IMG/VR virus record: IMGVR_UViG_3300035698_012707
Location: 17,343 to 81,342 of that record
DNA from: a virus
DNA: 64,000 nucleotides
Direction: 5' to 3' (one strand)
Shown: positions 29,850 to 40,739 of the stretch, piece after piece
How the letters are laid out: every line of letters begins with the position of its first letter
How positions within the stretch are numbered: the stretch's first letter is position 1
Notes under the pieces: generated by a model
The model's input: the letters and a program-made list of their open reading frames with translations, nothing else
Databases searched by the model: none
What the model was told of the DNA's origin: nothing
Position numbers and translations under genes: made by a program

Positions 29850-30911
29850 TAATAACTAAGATGTGTTATGATTGTGAAGACAGCTTTGATATGCCAGAGT
29901 CAGAATTATACGATGGGCTAGTTGCTAGACCTATAGACGGAAACAAAAAGAAGTGTGTAAAGATATGGTTATGCGAAGAGTGCAGACAAGACGCTGAAGA
30001 TGGTGGAGAAGTAGACGAAGAAGATGTCGACATAGTAGAAGACTTTGATGATAATTCTACGGAGATAGATCCGTGATCAATATGTCTTTAGAATATAAAA
30101 AAAAATGTCTTTGGCACTTGGAAGGTTTCTGTTGTAAGTATGCACCAGATATAAAAGCAGCGCATAAGATATGGCAATGCTTTGAAGTCGATGATTATTG
30201 CAAAGAATATGAGGAGAGACGTCTTGGAGTATTCAAAAAAGAAAGCAAAGAGAAGACATAAAACTATAACAATAATGAAGAAGAGGTTGAATGATGTTAA
30301 AAAAATTGATAAAGGGTATTACGAAGATATTATCAAACGCCAACGTAAGGGCCATTTTCGCAAGTCTAGCAGTTTTGATTGTGGAAATCCTAGTTGTTGG
30401 ATGTGTCACTTTGATAAGCTAATAGGTAAAAGACCAATTAAAGAACAACCACACGAAGAAGAGGTAGAATATGAACAGAGCTGAAGAAATGGAACAGGTA
30501 TGCTTAGACGTACTAAGTAAGAACGGAGTAAACGAAGACGATAGAGTAACGTGTTCAGAAAACATAACCACAGAACTATTAAAGAAGGGTTACGTTAGGT
30601 ATGATAGCATAGGATTAGACCCACAGAAATGTGTACAACTACTTGCTACTATCCTCAATGGTTTTAAGGCCGAGCACCCGTTTGTTGTAATAGAAACAAG
30701 CGAAGAAGAAAAAGAAGAGGTCGTTGATGAAGACAAGTAAGTCTGTTATAAGAAGGAAGTCTATACAAATGGAACTAACTGACGTACAGAAAGAACTGTC
30801 TATGTTCTTCAATGAATGCTTCTTAAAAAGTAATAGCAACCCTATTACAATGGCTAAACAATTGACTAAAAAATTTGACGTTGCATTAAAAGCAAAGAAA
30901 AGGAGTAAAAG

Positions 30912-31376
30912 TTGAAAGAAATAACAGACAATGAAACAAGAAAGCACATATTAAAAGTAAACGCATTAATAAGTCTTATGATATGTAGCCTAATAGAACG
31001 TAGCCTAAAACATGACAGCAGTAAATTGGGAGATGTAGAGGGACCTATCTTTGATGAGTTTACTCCTAAGCTATCTGGTTCTACTTATGGTTCGGATGAG
31101 TACAAGAGCTTTCTAAAAGAAATGAGCGTAGCATTAGACCATCACTATAAGGAAAACAGACATCATCCAGAGCATTTCGATAACGGAATAAAGGGTATGT
31201 CTTTAATCGACTTAGTGGAAATGCTATGTGATTGGAAAGCCGCAACCCTAAGACATGATAATGGTGACATAATCAAGAGCATCAATGTGAATCAGGAAAG
31301 ATTTGGATACTCAGACGAACTAAAGGGAATACTTTTAAACACAATAAAAGATTTAGGATGGGAAGAAAGAGAATGA
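30912..31376 (+). CDS. DUF5662-like HD-type protein
   Basis: HDSSK...HHY..NRHHPEH...EMLCDW. Confidence 0.7.
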   Translation: MKEITDNETRKHILKVNALISLMICSLIERSLKHDSSKLGDVEGPIFDEFTPKLSGSTYGSDEYKSFLKEMSVALDHHYKENRHHPEHFDNGIKGMSLIDLVEMLCDWKAATLRHDNGDIIKSINVNQERFGYSDELKGILLNTIKDLGWEERE

Positions 31377-31600
31377 ACAACAAACTATATGTAGATGGTA
31401 AATTAAATCCAGAGTTTGATGTACCTATTATTTATTGGTGTCAATGTGAAACAAGAGACAAAGGATACACTGCTGGAACATTGGTTTCTAGAGATGAATC
31501 CATGAAATCAGACGTTGTTGTATGTAATATATGCAAAGGCCTGGTAAGCCAGGAGCCGTGGATTGACCAACCTAAAGAGTGGGACGACGAGGAGAATTAG
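31373..31600 (+). CDS. Hypothetical protein ending WDDEEN
   Basis: CQC, CNIC; WDxxxN C-terminus. Confidence 0.5.
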   Translation: MNNKLYVDGKLNPEFDVPIIYWCQCETRDKGYTAGTLVSRDESMKSDVVVCNICKGLVSQEPWIDQPKEWDDEEN

Positions 31601-31886
31601 TTAACACAACTTATAATATAACATAGGAGGAAAATGACTAAAGAATCTACGCATCTTAGAGCTCTCGAAGTGAATAAGATAATTGATATATTACGCAAGG
31701 TAGATAAGTCTTATGCTTTTTTTTATGTTAGACCATACATACTGGCTGAACTTCTAGTAGACGGGGGAGTTAGAACGTCTAAAGGTTTTACTATGGACGC
31801 CAGCAGTGAGTATGGAGATAGCTTTATGCATCCAGATATAGTTAACCCTACGGTACTATCTATATCACCAACAAATTACGGGAGTA

Positions 31887-32456
31887 ATGATGACTACGAA
31901 AGATAGAGTACAAGAAGCATTAAAAATATCAAAAGAAGAACCAAACTATCCAGACAGAAGTAAGATGATATCTACTGGACAGAGCTTTACTGCATTCTTA
32001 TACAACTTAACTAAGTTAATGAAGCCTCAGACTATATTTGAGTGGGGTCCAGGACAATCTACTCATGCTTTTCTTCTCGGCGACAAAGATGCATGCGTAG
32101 TATCTTATGAACATGATAGTAAGTGGGCTGTGAAGTATGAGAAAGACTTGCTGCAGTATAAAGAACTTAGATCTAACGTACGTCTTGTGTCAAACACTTT
32201 TCCAGGGTCTACCTTAGACTACCTCAACGTACAGAAATATCCGAATGAATCTATGAACATTGTACTAGTTGACGGAGATAAGAGAAGGCTATGCTTTACT
32301 ACAGCAGAGAGACTAGTCAAAAATGGTGGAGTTGTTCTTGTACATGACTCTAATTCCTCTGTGCTTTGGAGCAAGCCAGAAACTAACCTTACCTACATAG
32401 GAGAGCACGAAGATCCTATCCAAGGTGAAACAACATCAATATACATTAAGGAATAG
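31887..32456 (+). CDS. Class I SAM-dependent methyltransferase (Methyltransf_24-like)
   Basis: FEWGPGQST, YEHD..W, IVLVDG, GGVVLVHD. Confidence 0.8.
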   Translation: MMTTKDRVQEALKISKEEPNYPDRSKMISTGQSFTAFLYNLTKLMKPQTIFEWGPGQSTHAFLLGDKDACVVSYEHDSKWAVKYEKDLLQYKELRSNVRLVSNTFPGSTLDYLNVQKYPNESMNIVLVDGDKRRLCFTTAERLVKNGGVVLVHDSNSSVLWSKPETNLTYIGEHEDPIQGETTSIYIKE

Positions 32457-32457
32457 A

Positions 32458-32868
32458 ATGAAAGATACAATGTGGTTTGAGTTTGTGGCGCCGCTTAAGG
32501 TGACAAAGACAAAGACTAAAGACTTTATATTAAACCTAAACAACTACAGGAACGCTCACTATCAGGTGTTAAATAAAACCAAGGTAGAGTTCTGTAAGGT
32601 TATGGATGAGAGATACCCTGAAGAGTTTGAACCAGCCCCAGGTGAGGTAATGACAACCTATACAGTATACAGTGGTTCTAAGAGAAAGTTTGACCTACCT
32701 AATGTGTGCTCTATAGTACAGAAGTATTTCGAAGACTGGATGACACACAAGGGTATCATACCTACAGATGACATCACTGTAATAACAGAGTGTGAGTACA
32801 AGTACGGCGGAATAGATAAAGATAATCCAAGAGTAGAAATAACAATAGCATGGGAGGATAACAAGTGA
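32458..32868 (+). CDS. RusA-like Holliday junction resolvase
   Basis: LNLNNYRNAHY, RKFDLPN, EDW...DD, DKDNPRVEI. Confidence 0.7.
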   Translation: MKDTMWFEFVAPLKVTKTKTKDFILNLNNYRNAHYQVLNKTKVEFCKVMDERYPEEFEPAPGEVMTTYTVYSGSKRKFDLPNVCSIVQKYFEDWMTHKGIIPTDDITVITECEYKYGGIDKDNPRVEITIAWEDNK

Positions 32869-33204
32869 AGAGAAAAATAAAAGATTTTGTTCTTGTAGCT
32901 GACGCATTTGGACCATTACCAATGTGGTCTTTGCAACATCCGACAAAAGAAATTAAAGATTGCTTTATGATATATCAGGTATTAGACACGCCAAAGAAAA
33001 AGTGGCCTAAGTGGATGAAAAAACTAGCAGAAATAGAAAAGTATTGCAATAAGTTGACTAAAGATTTGATGGACGTAGAAGCATATGTTTCTGGGGAAGT
33101 TGTGTACAGCAACAAATACGACGGAAAAAAGAGTAGACACATACTAGATCTAAAAATAGGTTTTGTAGACATAAGAGGATGGTATCCTACGGGGGGCGAT
33201 AGCA

Positions 33205-33732
33205 GTGAATGATATAATGGTAGACATAGAAACGCTTGGGACAAAAGTTGACTCAGTTATAACACAGATAGGTGCATGTTATTTCGATAGATACTCAGGT
33301 AAGATAGGTAAAAGGTTTTTAGCTAACGTGGAGATAAATAGTTGTTTAGAGAGAGGGTTCTCTGTTACTGGTGGATCAATTAAGTTTTGGCTCGAGCGAA
33401 AAGAAAACGCTACGTTCCTTAAGAAGCCCATACCTATATCAAAAGCTTTAGCAGAGTTTGGTAACTTCATAAATAAGAAGGCTATGCTATGGTCTCACGT
33501 TACCTTTGATATGGTCTTGTTGAAATCAGCATACCAACTAGTAGGACAAGGCGCACCCTTCTCTTATAGGAACACCTTAGACATAAGAACACTAGTCAAT
33601 ATCTCAGGGGTAAAGCCGGAGAAAAAAGAAGGCGAGGATCCTAAGAGTCATGATGCCCTAGAGGATTGTTTATATCAAGTAGAGTATTGTACTAAGTGCT
33701 TTAATGCACTCAAGGAGAATGATGGCAAGTAA
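33205..33732 (+). CDS. DEDDh 3'-5' exonuclease
   Basis: MVDIETLGT, FD..LL, DIRT, HDALEDC. Confidence 0.85.
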   Translation: MNDIMVDIETLGTKVDSVITQIGACYFDRYSGKIGKRFLANVEINSCLERGFSVTGGSIKFWLERKENATFLKKPIPISKALAEFGNFINKKAMLWSHVTFDMVLLKSAYQLVGQGAPFSYRNTLDIRTLVNISGVKPEKKEGEDPKSHDALEDCLYQVEYCTKCFNALKENDGK

Positions 33733-34054
33733 ATGGTGGTATATAAAACAATGGTGGAAAGAAGATATGTTGTTATGCAGTATTTGGGAATGGATTAAAG
33801 ACACGTTTGCTTTCCTATTATGGTTAATTTTATTCTTCCCAACTAAATTATTAATTTATATTTTAAATTGGTGTAACGAGACTCTATCAGGACAATCAGT
33901 AGAACTTAAATATTACTGGAAACACGGAGGGAAACGATGAAACTTATATTAATAACTTTAGCAAGCTATCTATTCTGTGACGACCCAACACCTAACCCAG
34001 AGTTTGATAACCTCACCTTCATAGGTAGGTTTAATTACTTTAAAAATCAACTAG

Positions 34055-34243
34055 ATGAGTAGGAGAAAACCAATGAACAAAGAAAGAATATACAGTATAG
34101 GTGAAGGCGTAGTAGGTTGGATAGATAGACCTCATGTGGATATATCCTATGAACCTGCTTTAGTGACGCCAGAATACAAGAACTATATAGACACAGAAAA
34201 TTTCACATGTTCAGACGGATGGGATCCGGCAAAGAATAAATAA
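34055..34243 (+). CDS. Hypothetical protein ending WDPAKNK
   Basis: Last + arm ORF; WDxxxN motif. Confidence 0.45.
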   Translation: MSRRKPMNKERIYSIGEGVVGWIDRPHVDISYEPALVTPEYKNYIDTENFTCSDGWDPAKNK

Positions 34244-34249
34244 TAAATT

Positions 34250-34463
34250 TGTACAACATATCAGTTAAGCCTCTGATTACGCGCAACACGCCTCTCTTTA
34301 GAAGCGCTTCTCGCCTATGTTCATGCTAAAACGAACTGTTCTATGTTGGTACAGTTACAGGTCTTGGAAGATGAGCAGTATGCAACGCGGAGTATACTAC
34401 GATCACCCTTTAAATCCTGTGACACAACCCCGGAAAGATGTATTCGCGAAAGCATCTTAGGGG
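34250..34463. ncRNA. Putative three-domain structured RNA at the convergence point
   Basis: Closing stems 34250/34353, 34354/34423 and 34428/34463. Confidence 0.4.
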
Positions 34464-34464
34464 C

Positions 34465-34521
34465 AAAAAAGTAGGGTAGTTTATCGGAGGCGTTTAGTCC
34501 CCGACGAGCTACCCTATTTTT
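34465..34521. terminator. Bidirectional intrinsic terminator
   Basis: A-run, GTAGGGTAGT...GCTACCCTAT stem, T-run; between convergent arms. Confidence 0.75.
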
Positions 34522-34540
34522 ATTAGACTTTACAATCTAC

Positions 34541-34744
34541 TTACAGTTTAACTACATTCTGTGCTTGTGGACCCTTTTCGCCTTCCTCTATATCGAATGT
34601 CACTTCTTGGCCTTCGTCTAGTGTCTTGTATCCCTCGTCCTGTATCGCTGAGAAGTGTACAAATACATCTGTTTCGCCGTCTTCTGGGGTAATAAATCCA
34701 AACGCTTTCTGATTGCTAAACCATTTTACTTTTCCTTTTGCCAT
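34541..34744 (-). CDS. cspA: Cold-shock protein
   Basis: [32 protein letters not shown]. Confidence 0.95.
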   Translation of the reverse strand: MAKGKVKWFSNQKAFGFITPEDGETDVFVHFSAIQDEGYKTLDEGQEVTFDIEEGEKGPQAQNVVKL

Positions 34745-34774
34745 GTTTCTACGTTCTCCTTTTGTTAAGCTATG

Positions 34775-35377
34775 TTATATATTAAGCACTAGCTCGTTGT
34801 TGTTGTGTATAAGTTTGTATCTCTTTGACGCGCAGAAAAGCTCGTCTCCAACATAAAACCTACACCTATGAGTCGGTTCTCCCGACCATGCTTCTTCGTA
34901 AGGTACAACTGCATAAATAGATTTGAATGCAGCGTCCTTCATTCTAGGTATTACTTTTCCTAGTAGTTCTTCTCTAGTGAAATGCTCTAGCATATGAGAC
35001 GAGAATACATATTCATACTCTCTTGGTAGAGAATTTACTAGTATATCTAACTTATAGAAGTCTATATCATAATCTTTAAGTCCTATAGATGCTTCTTCTA
35101 TCCTGTCTACACAACCAATTCTTCCGAGGTTCTTACACTTCTCTCTTATCATCTTAGCTAGATCAGGGTGTCCACTACCTATTATAAGCAATGAAGAACC
35201 CTTTCTAAGACCATTAAATATTTCATCAGCGTATCTCTGGATCTTTAGGTCATCTATTTCTGGCAAAGGATTAGAGTATCTATCTATATAAATCTTATCC
35301 AGTGTGCTCTCACTCTTTGAGTCAGGCACTTCATATGTCTTTCTCTGTGTTATGTTTGGGGTCTTTATCCAGTCCAT
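34775..35377 (-). CDS. Class I SAM methyltransferase
   Basis: LIIGSG, VFSSHMLEH. Confidence 0.7.
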   Translation of the reverse strand: MDWIKTPNITQRKTYEVPDSKSESTLDKIYIDRYSNPLPEIDDLKIQRYADEIFNGLRKGSSLLIIGSGHPDLAKMIREKCKNLGRIGCVDRIEEASIGLKDYDIDFYKLDILVNSLPREYEYVFSSHMLEHFTREELLGKVIPRMKDAAFKSIYAVVPYEEAWSGEPTHRCRFYVGDELFCASKRYKLIHNNNELVLNI

Positions 35378-35483
35378 TACTCTCCTAAATTAAACATTTG
35401 CAAACTCCTCACCACAAGTCTGACACTTCCATATCTCAGTTGAATCTTTAACCTTAAAGTAAACTATATCTCCGCTACCGCAT

Positions 35484-36320
35484 TCAGGACAAATCATGTG
35501 ACCTCCCAAGCTTTGCTTTAATCTTCTTTAGTTTGTATATTATACTTCTCTCATGATACCCTGTAGTTAAGGCCATCTCTCTGGTAGATATCTTCTTACC
35601 ATTAGGATCACACTCGTACCGTAACCACAATAGATATCTCTCCATCTCTGATAGTTCTGAGAAGGGAGCAGTTGCTGTGTCTCCCCACACCCAGTCCTTT
35701 AAGTCAATCCCTATTCCCACACCTAGTGGATCGTTGTCATAATTAGGTTCATCCGCACAAATCTCGTCCTTGAACTCGAGGCAAACCTGTCCAGTAACAA
35801 CGTCTTGGCTCTTCTTAATCACCCACTTACATAGCTTATACCTGATGTTAACCTGAACATAATGAGCGAATGAGATTCTATGGTTTTCTTCATTCCTATT
35901 GTATGTTACTGTCTCATACTTCTCTAGTAGCTCAAGAAAAGATACTATGAGATCATGATGTATGTCCTCTGGTTCAAATCTAAGGAGAGCTCTTCTTATC
36001 ATGTGTATATATGATCCAACCTTACCTAAATAGACCTTGTTGTTCATGCGGTCTTCTTTCTTCATGAAGAGCCTGAGGAAACTTTTAGTGTCGCTGTTAT
36101 TCACATCAACACCGTTCCCTCGACCCGTCATGATTGAAACATACTTTCTAAAGTAAGCATGAAATGAATCAAGAAGCGCATCTCTATACACTATGTCCCC
36201 GGTCTGTTTGAAAGCATCCACTAAATAGTTTATATATTCAACAGAAGCATTAAGACCTGGATCATCCTTTCTTATGTATTTCTCCACTGTTATCTCTTTC
36301 TCTTGCATAGCATTCCTCAC
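35484..36320 (-). CDS. Sigma-70-like phage sigma factor
   Basis: Region-2-like SFAHYVQVNIRYKL; region 4 LSEMERYLLWLRY...STREMA.....ERSI. Confidence 0.6.
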   Translation of the reverse strand: MRNAMQEKEITVEKYIRKDDPGLNASVEYINYLVDAFKQTGDIVYRDALLDSFHAYFRKYVSIMTGRGNGVDVNNSDTKSFLRLFMKKEDRMNNKVYLGKVGSYIHMIRRALLRFEPEDIHHDLIVSFLELLEKYETVTYNRNEENHRISFAHYVQVNIRYKLCKWVIKKSQDVVTGQVCLEFKDEICADEPNYDNDPLGVGIGIDLKDWVWGDTATAPFSELSEMERYLLWLRYECDPNGKKISTREMALTTGYHERSIIYKLKKIKAKLGRSHDLS

Positions 36321-37274
36321 ATATACATCTTGAAGAAACCTGGGAATCAGTATCCTTTATGAGAGAGGCGCATCGCTTCCCACACTCAGGACATTGAAAT
36401 TGATCAGGCTTATTTTTTTCCACTGGTTCTCCGTGTTTTTCGAGTTGGTCGTTTAACTCCACGTTTCCTCCGAGTTGGTTTTTTGGTAGCTTTCTTCTTG
36501 CTTGCTACCTTTTTCTTTGGCTTCTTCAATGGGAAAGCTAGATGTTTATAGTCTTTAACAAACTGTTGTAAAGCTACTATCAAACCTTTACTTATGTATC
36601 TTCTCCACTGAAGTTGCGTTAGGATATAGTGCTCACTTTTATAGACAAGCACAGTCCTCTCAGGAGCATACGTTATGTGATGTTCCTGGATAACAGGTTT
36701 TAAAGGCGTACCCTTTACCTTATTAGTTACTATCTTTGGTTTCTTTTTAGGCATTTCCTCTTCCTTTTCCGCGACCTTTTCCTTTGCCTTTTCCTGGTTT
36801 TGCATCGCCCTTCTTGCCTACTCGTGGTGTTCCACCACAAGAACCTTTTTTAGCTGTAGCCATGTGTCCTCCTTAAACTAGTGTGTTTACGTTTTCTCCA
36901 GCCTTATCGTCCGTAGGTGCTTCAGGCTGAGTTGGAATAGCATCTAAATCTACTGGAACTTTTACTTTTGGTGCTGCAGGGGCTGCGGGTTGTCCTGGTT
37001 GCTGAGGTCTGTCAACCTGGTTGATTGCTCCATCCTTATCCACATAGTAGTCTTTCCCGCCGTCAAGTTTATATTCTGCAGCAATTCCATTCCACCATGT
37101 CTTAAGATTAACGTCTATCTCTTCTCTCTGTTTCTTTAGTTTGTATACCCTGTAGTCAGAAGATCCTATAGATTGTTCTATCTGCTGCGCTGTTAATACA
37201 AGATCAGTGTACAATTTCTTTTGTTCGTCTTTGATTTGAATCTGTTCCATTTTTCTTATTACTCCTTTGTTAAA

Positions 37275-37856
37275 TTAATTATCTTTCCTTACCCAGATTG
37301 ACGTATCACATCTGTTTCTCGTATGTGTTCCAACGAAATCTACGATGTCTGGGTTCAATGCTCCGTTTAAACTGTCAAAATAATTGGGGTACTGCGTATC
37401 GTGCGCAAATATAACCCCTCCTTTCTTGACTATTCTTTCTGCCTGGGGCATACAGTTTGCCCTTCCGCCTCCGTCTACTAAAACTATATCATATGTTTCA
37501 TCAGGATCAGTAGGATTCATATACTCTTTTGCTAGTGCTGGGTTATGAGGCCACACGCGAGCGTCTAGTCTGTTCAACCACTGTGGATCCTTTTCTTTTA
37601 TTAATTTTAAGAATTTGTCAGCCCACATCTGATGTTCCTCGTGCACTGTTACTAGTACATTTGGGTCAGAGAAGAGCCACACCGAAGTTGACTGTCCCAT
37701 ACCCCACTCAAATACTTTCTCAGGTTTCATCATCTGGACTATAGTATAAAAGAATGGAGTAAAACTCTGCTCTGAAGATATCAGTTTTTCATAGCTTGGT
37801 ATGCTATTATTTTCTAGAGCTTTGCTTATCATGTTTTTTGTGTCAGTATATTTCAT
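37275..37856 (-). CDS. SAM methyltransferase (paralog of 31887..32456)
   Basis: QSFTxFxY, FEWGMGQST, IVLVDG, GGVIFAHD. Confidence 0.8.
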   Translation of the reverse strand: MKYTDTKNMISKALENNSIPSYEKLISSEQSFTPFFYTIVQMMKPEKVFEWGMGQSTSVWLFSDPNVLVTVHEEHQMWADKFLKLIKEKDPQWLNRLDARVWPHNPALAKEYMNPTDPDETYDIVLVDGGGRANCMPQAERIVKKGGVIFAHDTQYPNYFDSLNGALNPDIVDFVGTHTRNRCDTSIWVRKDN

Positions 37857-37864
37857 TCTTCTCC

Positions 37865-38560
37865 TTAATTTAAAAACTTACCCTCTACTATATCATTGAA
37901 GTGATTATTGTGATCACCAGCTCCTACCTTTTCTCCATATATAACCATCATATCATCTCTCTTGACGGTTGTTATGTTTTCAAATCCACTCATAGCTAAC
38001 TGAGCTTTTGCTTGCCAGTCCTCAATTACGTTCACGTGGTGGGGACTTGACTGCACTGGCATATGTTTCTCTCCTATAGGAACCTCTAGCAGTATTTTAC
38101 CGCCGTTCTTAAGCACTCTATTCATCTCTAGACCTAATAGTATCGGTGCCGGAGAGTGTTCATAGGTTTGGAACCCTATGACTGCATCAAAAGTACGTGT
38201 TGGAAAATCCATAAAGTGCATGTCCATATAATATAAGTCTACCTTATGCAATTCTTTGCCTCTGCTTAGATTCATCTGTCCAACAGTAACGCCAGTCACA
38301 TCTTTCCATCCAGCATCCATAAGTAGCCTCGTCTCTGATCCATCCCCTGCCCCAAGCTCTAAGATCCTTATGTTCTTGTCTGGCAAGTATGTTTCTAGAT
38401 GTTCTACGTATTTATGCTTATGCTGTGGTTGTACCGGACTTAATTCATCCCAGTTGTCTCCGTCTTGACTTCGCATATAAGAAGCCCATGTGTTTCCTAT
38501 TCTCTTCCGGAGTGCGTCCGTGTAGTACCTATTCATATTCCCATGACCGCTTTCACTCAT
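37865..38560 (-). CDS. Class I SAM methyltransferase
   Basis: ILELGAGDG, DMH, RVLKNGG. Confidence 0.85.
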   Translation of the reverse strand: MSESGHGNMNRYYTDALRKRIGNTWASYMRSQDGDNWDELSPVQPQHKHKYVEHLETYLPDKNIRILELGAGDGSETRLLMDAGWKDVTGVTVGQMNLSRGKELHKVDLYYMDMHFMDFPTRTFDAVIGFQTYEHSPAPILLGLEMNRVLKNGGKILLEVPIGEKHMPVQSSPHHVNVIEDWQAKAQLAMSGFENITTVKRDDMMVIYGEKVGAGDHNNHFNDIVEGKFLN

Positions 38561-39159
38561 TACTTCTCCTTTGCGAATAGGTAGTGGTCTTCAAGTCCTA
38601 TGCTATTCTTGTGCCAAAACTTAATAAGTTTAAATCCATGTCTTTGACATAGGTCTACCCATCCCTGCTGTGTTCTACCAGTAGCAACATTCTCTTTATT
38701 AGTGCTCTCAGTTATGAACATTACTCCGCCTGGCTTTAATGCATCGTACATCTTAGGCATTATCTTTTCCTGCTCGGCATGAAGGTTATGTTGCAACACA
38801 GCTACAGTAAATACCATGTCGTATTCTTCTTTGTAATCCATATCCCAAAGAGCAGAATGAACCCACTCGTTGTCTGGTTTATTTTTTCTACACTGCACCA
38901 AAGCTTTCTCGCATTGGTCTACTCCGGTATACTTAAACCCATAATTTTTTAATACATCTGCCCATCTACCTACGTGGCATCCACAGTCAAGTGCTTTCCA
39001 TTTTGAAGGTTCTGTATCTGTTTTAATAGATTCCTTAGAATCTTCAAACATAGAGCTGCCATCGCTTCCATAGTAAATCTCATGATCACCCTCCATTACC
39101 TGGTCAACATGTACTCCCCAACTTATATTGTCTCCAAACATTCCATCAATATCACTCAT
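38560..39159 (-). CDS. Class I SAM methyltransferase
   Basis: LDCGCHVG, GVD, VLQH, ALKPGG. Confidence 0.85.
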   Translation of the reverse strand: MSDIDGMFGDNISWGVHVDQVMEGDHEIYYGSDGSSMFEDSKESIKTDTEPSKWKALDCGCHVGRWADVLKNYGFKYTGVDQCEKALVQCRKNKPDNEWVHSALWDMDYKEEYDMVFTVAVLQHNLHAEQEKIMPKMYDALKPGGVMFITESTNKENVATGRTQQGWVDLCQRHGFKLIKFWHKNSIGLEDHYLFAKEK

Positions 39160-39674
39160 TTCTTCCTCCACCCTTGTAAGTTTGTTTTCTTTTCGTCGCA
39201 CAGCTCTTTCTCTACAGACTCAAATTCATCTGTTCCAACTGCTTCTTTAATATCGTCCCATCCAAATTGGTCATTCCAATCATGACAGAATACATAATCT
39301 CCTGACTTTAAGTGAGGTGCATATAACTTAACCTCTTCAGCCTTTGACTCACCGTCGCACATAAGAAAAACTTTTCCTGAGTGCTCTATTAAGTACATTA
39401 TTTCATTAACAGTTGATGGATCAAAACAATCTTTAAGCCTAAGGTCTATGTTTGGCATACCCATAAGCTTTCTAGAAGTCCTATCTAATATGTCGTATGT
39501 AATAATGGGGGCAAACTCTGAAAAGAATACAGTGCACCCACCCATACCGGTACCTATCTCAATTATCTTGTCTGGCTTATGATCTTTTAGTATCTTGTCC
39601 AGCACAGCAAATGCTGGTTCAGTCTGTTGATGCTCAACTTCTTTATAAAAATGTGACCCTTCTCTGTATAGCAT
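39156..39674 (-). CDS. CmcI/Methyltransf_24-like methyltransferase
   Basis: IIEIGTGMGG, LMCDG, LKSGDYVFCHD. Confidence 0.75.
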   Translation of the reverse strand: MLYREGSHFYKEVEHQQTEPAFAVLDKILKDHKPDKIIEIGTGMGGCTVFFSEFAPIITYDILDRTSRKLMGMPNIDLRLKDCFDPSTVNEIMYLIEHSGKVFLMCDGESKAEEVKLYAPHLKSGDYVFCHDWNDQFGWDDIKEAVGTDEFESVEKELCDEKKTNLQGWRKK

Positions 39675-39932
39675 TAATCTCCTCCCTTAAACCAAAACAT
39701 TTACGTCGCCAGAAGAAAGATCATCTTCTAATAGACTATTTGTAATTTTACCCTCTGGGTTTCCCTCACCAGTCTTATAATATATTGTGGAGGGAAAAGA
39801 AGTATTCCTCTCCTCCTACAGCCTTTATCTCAACATATCTGTCTTTTACGGACACTTGGTCTTTGTTTTTTATACCTATGTTAACAACGTCTCCATCGCC
39901 CCTAGACTCTTTTAGTACTATTCTTATATACA

Positions 39933-40730
39933 TTATACATCCCACTCCTCGTCTGATATTTCTGTTACTCTATTGTCTTGATAGTGAACTACTACGGTAT
40001 CATCTGATAACTTTTTATCGTGCAGTGTATAGAAGTAATGGTACTTCTCAGGGATAAGATCGTAGCTCAAATTGCCAGCATGAACTGCCATGCCAAGGCC
40101 TGTCTGTGTAAAGTTCTCTTTAAAAGGGCCACCCAAACCAATAATAGCAGAAGCACACCCCTGGTACAGCTGAGGGAAGCCAATCCCTGTCTTGAACATA
40201 AATATTCCAGAACAAAAGTAAAAGTTTCCTAGCCCACCATCTATGTGACATGGTATTTTAATCTCGGGCTTAACGAGATGCAAGGTTTCGTATATCTGTT
40301 CCCAAAGTGCATCTTCATCTGGTCTTGACCACTTGTGTATTGCTTTCTGGTCGGGGGAAACAACTACGTCCTTATTAGTCTCAAGTATCTCACTCAAGTC
40401 ACCCCTTACGTATAGATCTGAGTCCATCCACATAGCATACTCGGTATCAAACTGCATTCCACATGCTGTTACTTTATTATATACTGGGTGTTGGGTGAAT
40501 AGGCAATGGCCTGCCTGTAGATCACACCCCATGTCAGTAAGTCTTAACATTGACTCTTTGCTAGGAGGCGCATCTTCTCCATACCACATCTTTATCTTGA
40601 CATCTTTATATTTCCCACCGTTTTTTCTTATGGATCTAGCAAGTCTAATCGCATATGATTCATAGTTCTTCGGATGAGGATAAACATTTCTTTCTGATTC
40701 GCATATTGAAAATATTGTATATTTATTCAT
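39933..40730 (-). CDS. GT-A glycosyltransferase (GT8-like)
   Basis: YNK, WMDSD (DxD), FCSG, Q..L, VVHY. Confidence 0.65.
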   Translation of the reverse strand: MNKYTIFSICESERNVYPHPKNYESYAIRLARSIRKNGGKYKDVKIKMWYGEDAPPSKESMLRLTDMGCDLQAGHCLFTQHPVYNKVTACGMQFDTEYAMWMDSDLYVRGDLSEILETNKDVVVSPDQKAIHKWSRPDEDALWEQIYETLHLVKPEIKIPCHIDGGLGNFYFCSGIFMFKTGIGFPQLYQGCASAIIGLGGPFKENFTQTGLGMAVHAGNLSYDLIPEKYHYFYTLHDKKLSDDTVVVHYQDNRVTEISDEEWDV

Positions 40731-40739
40731 TTGTCTCCA

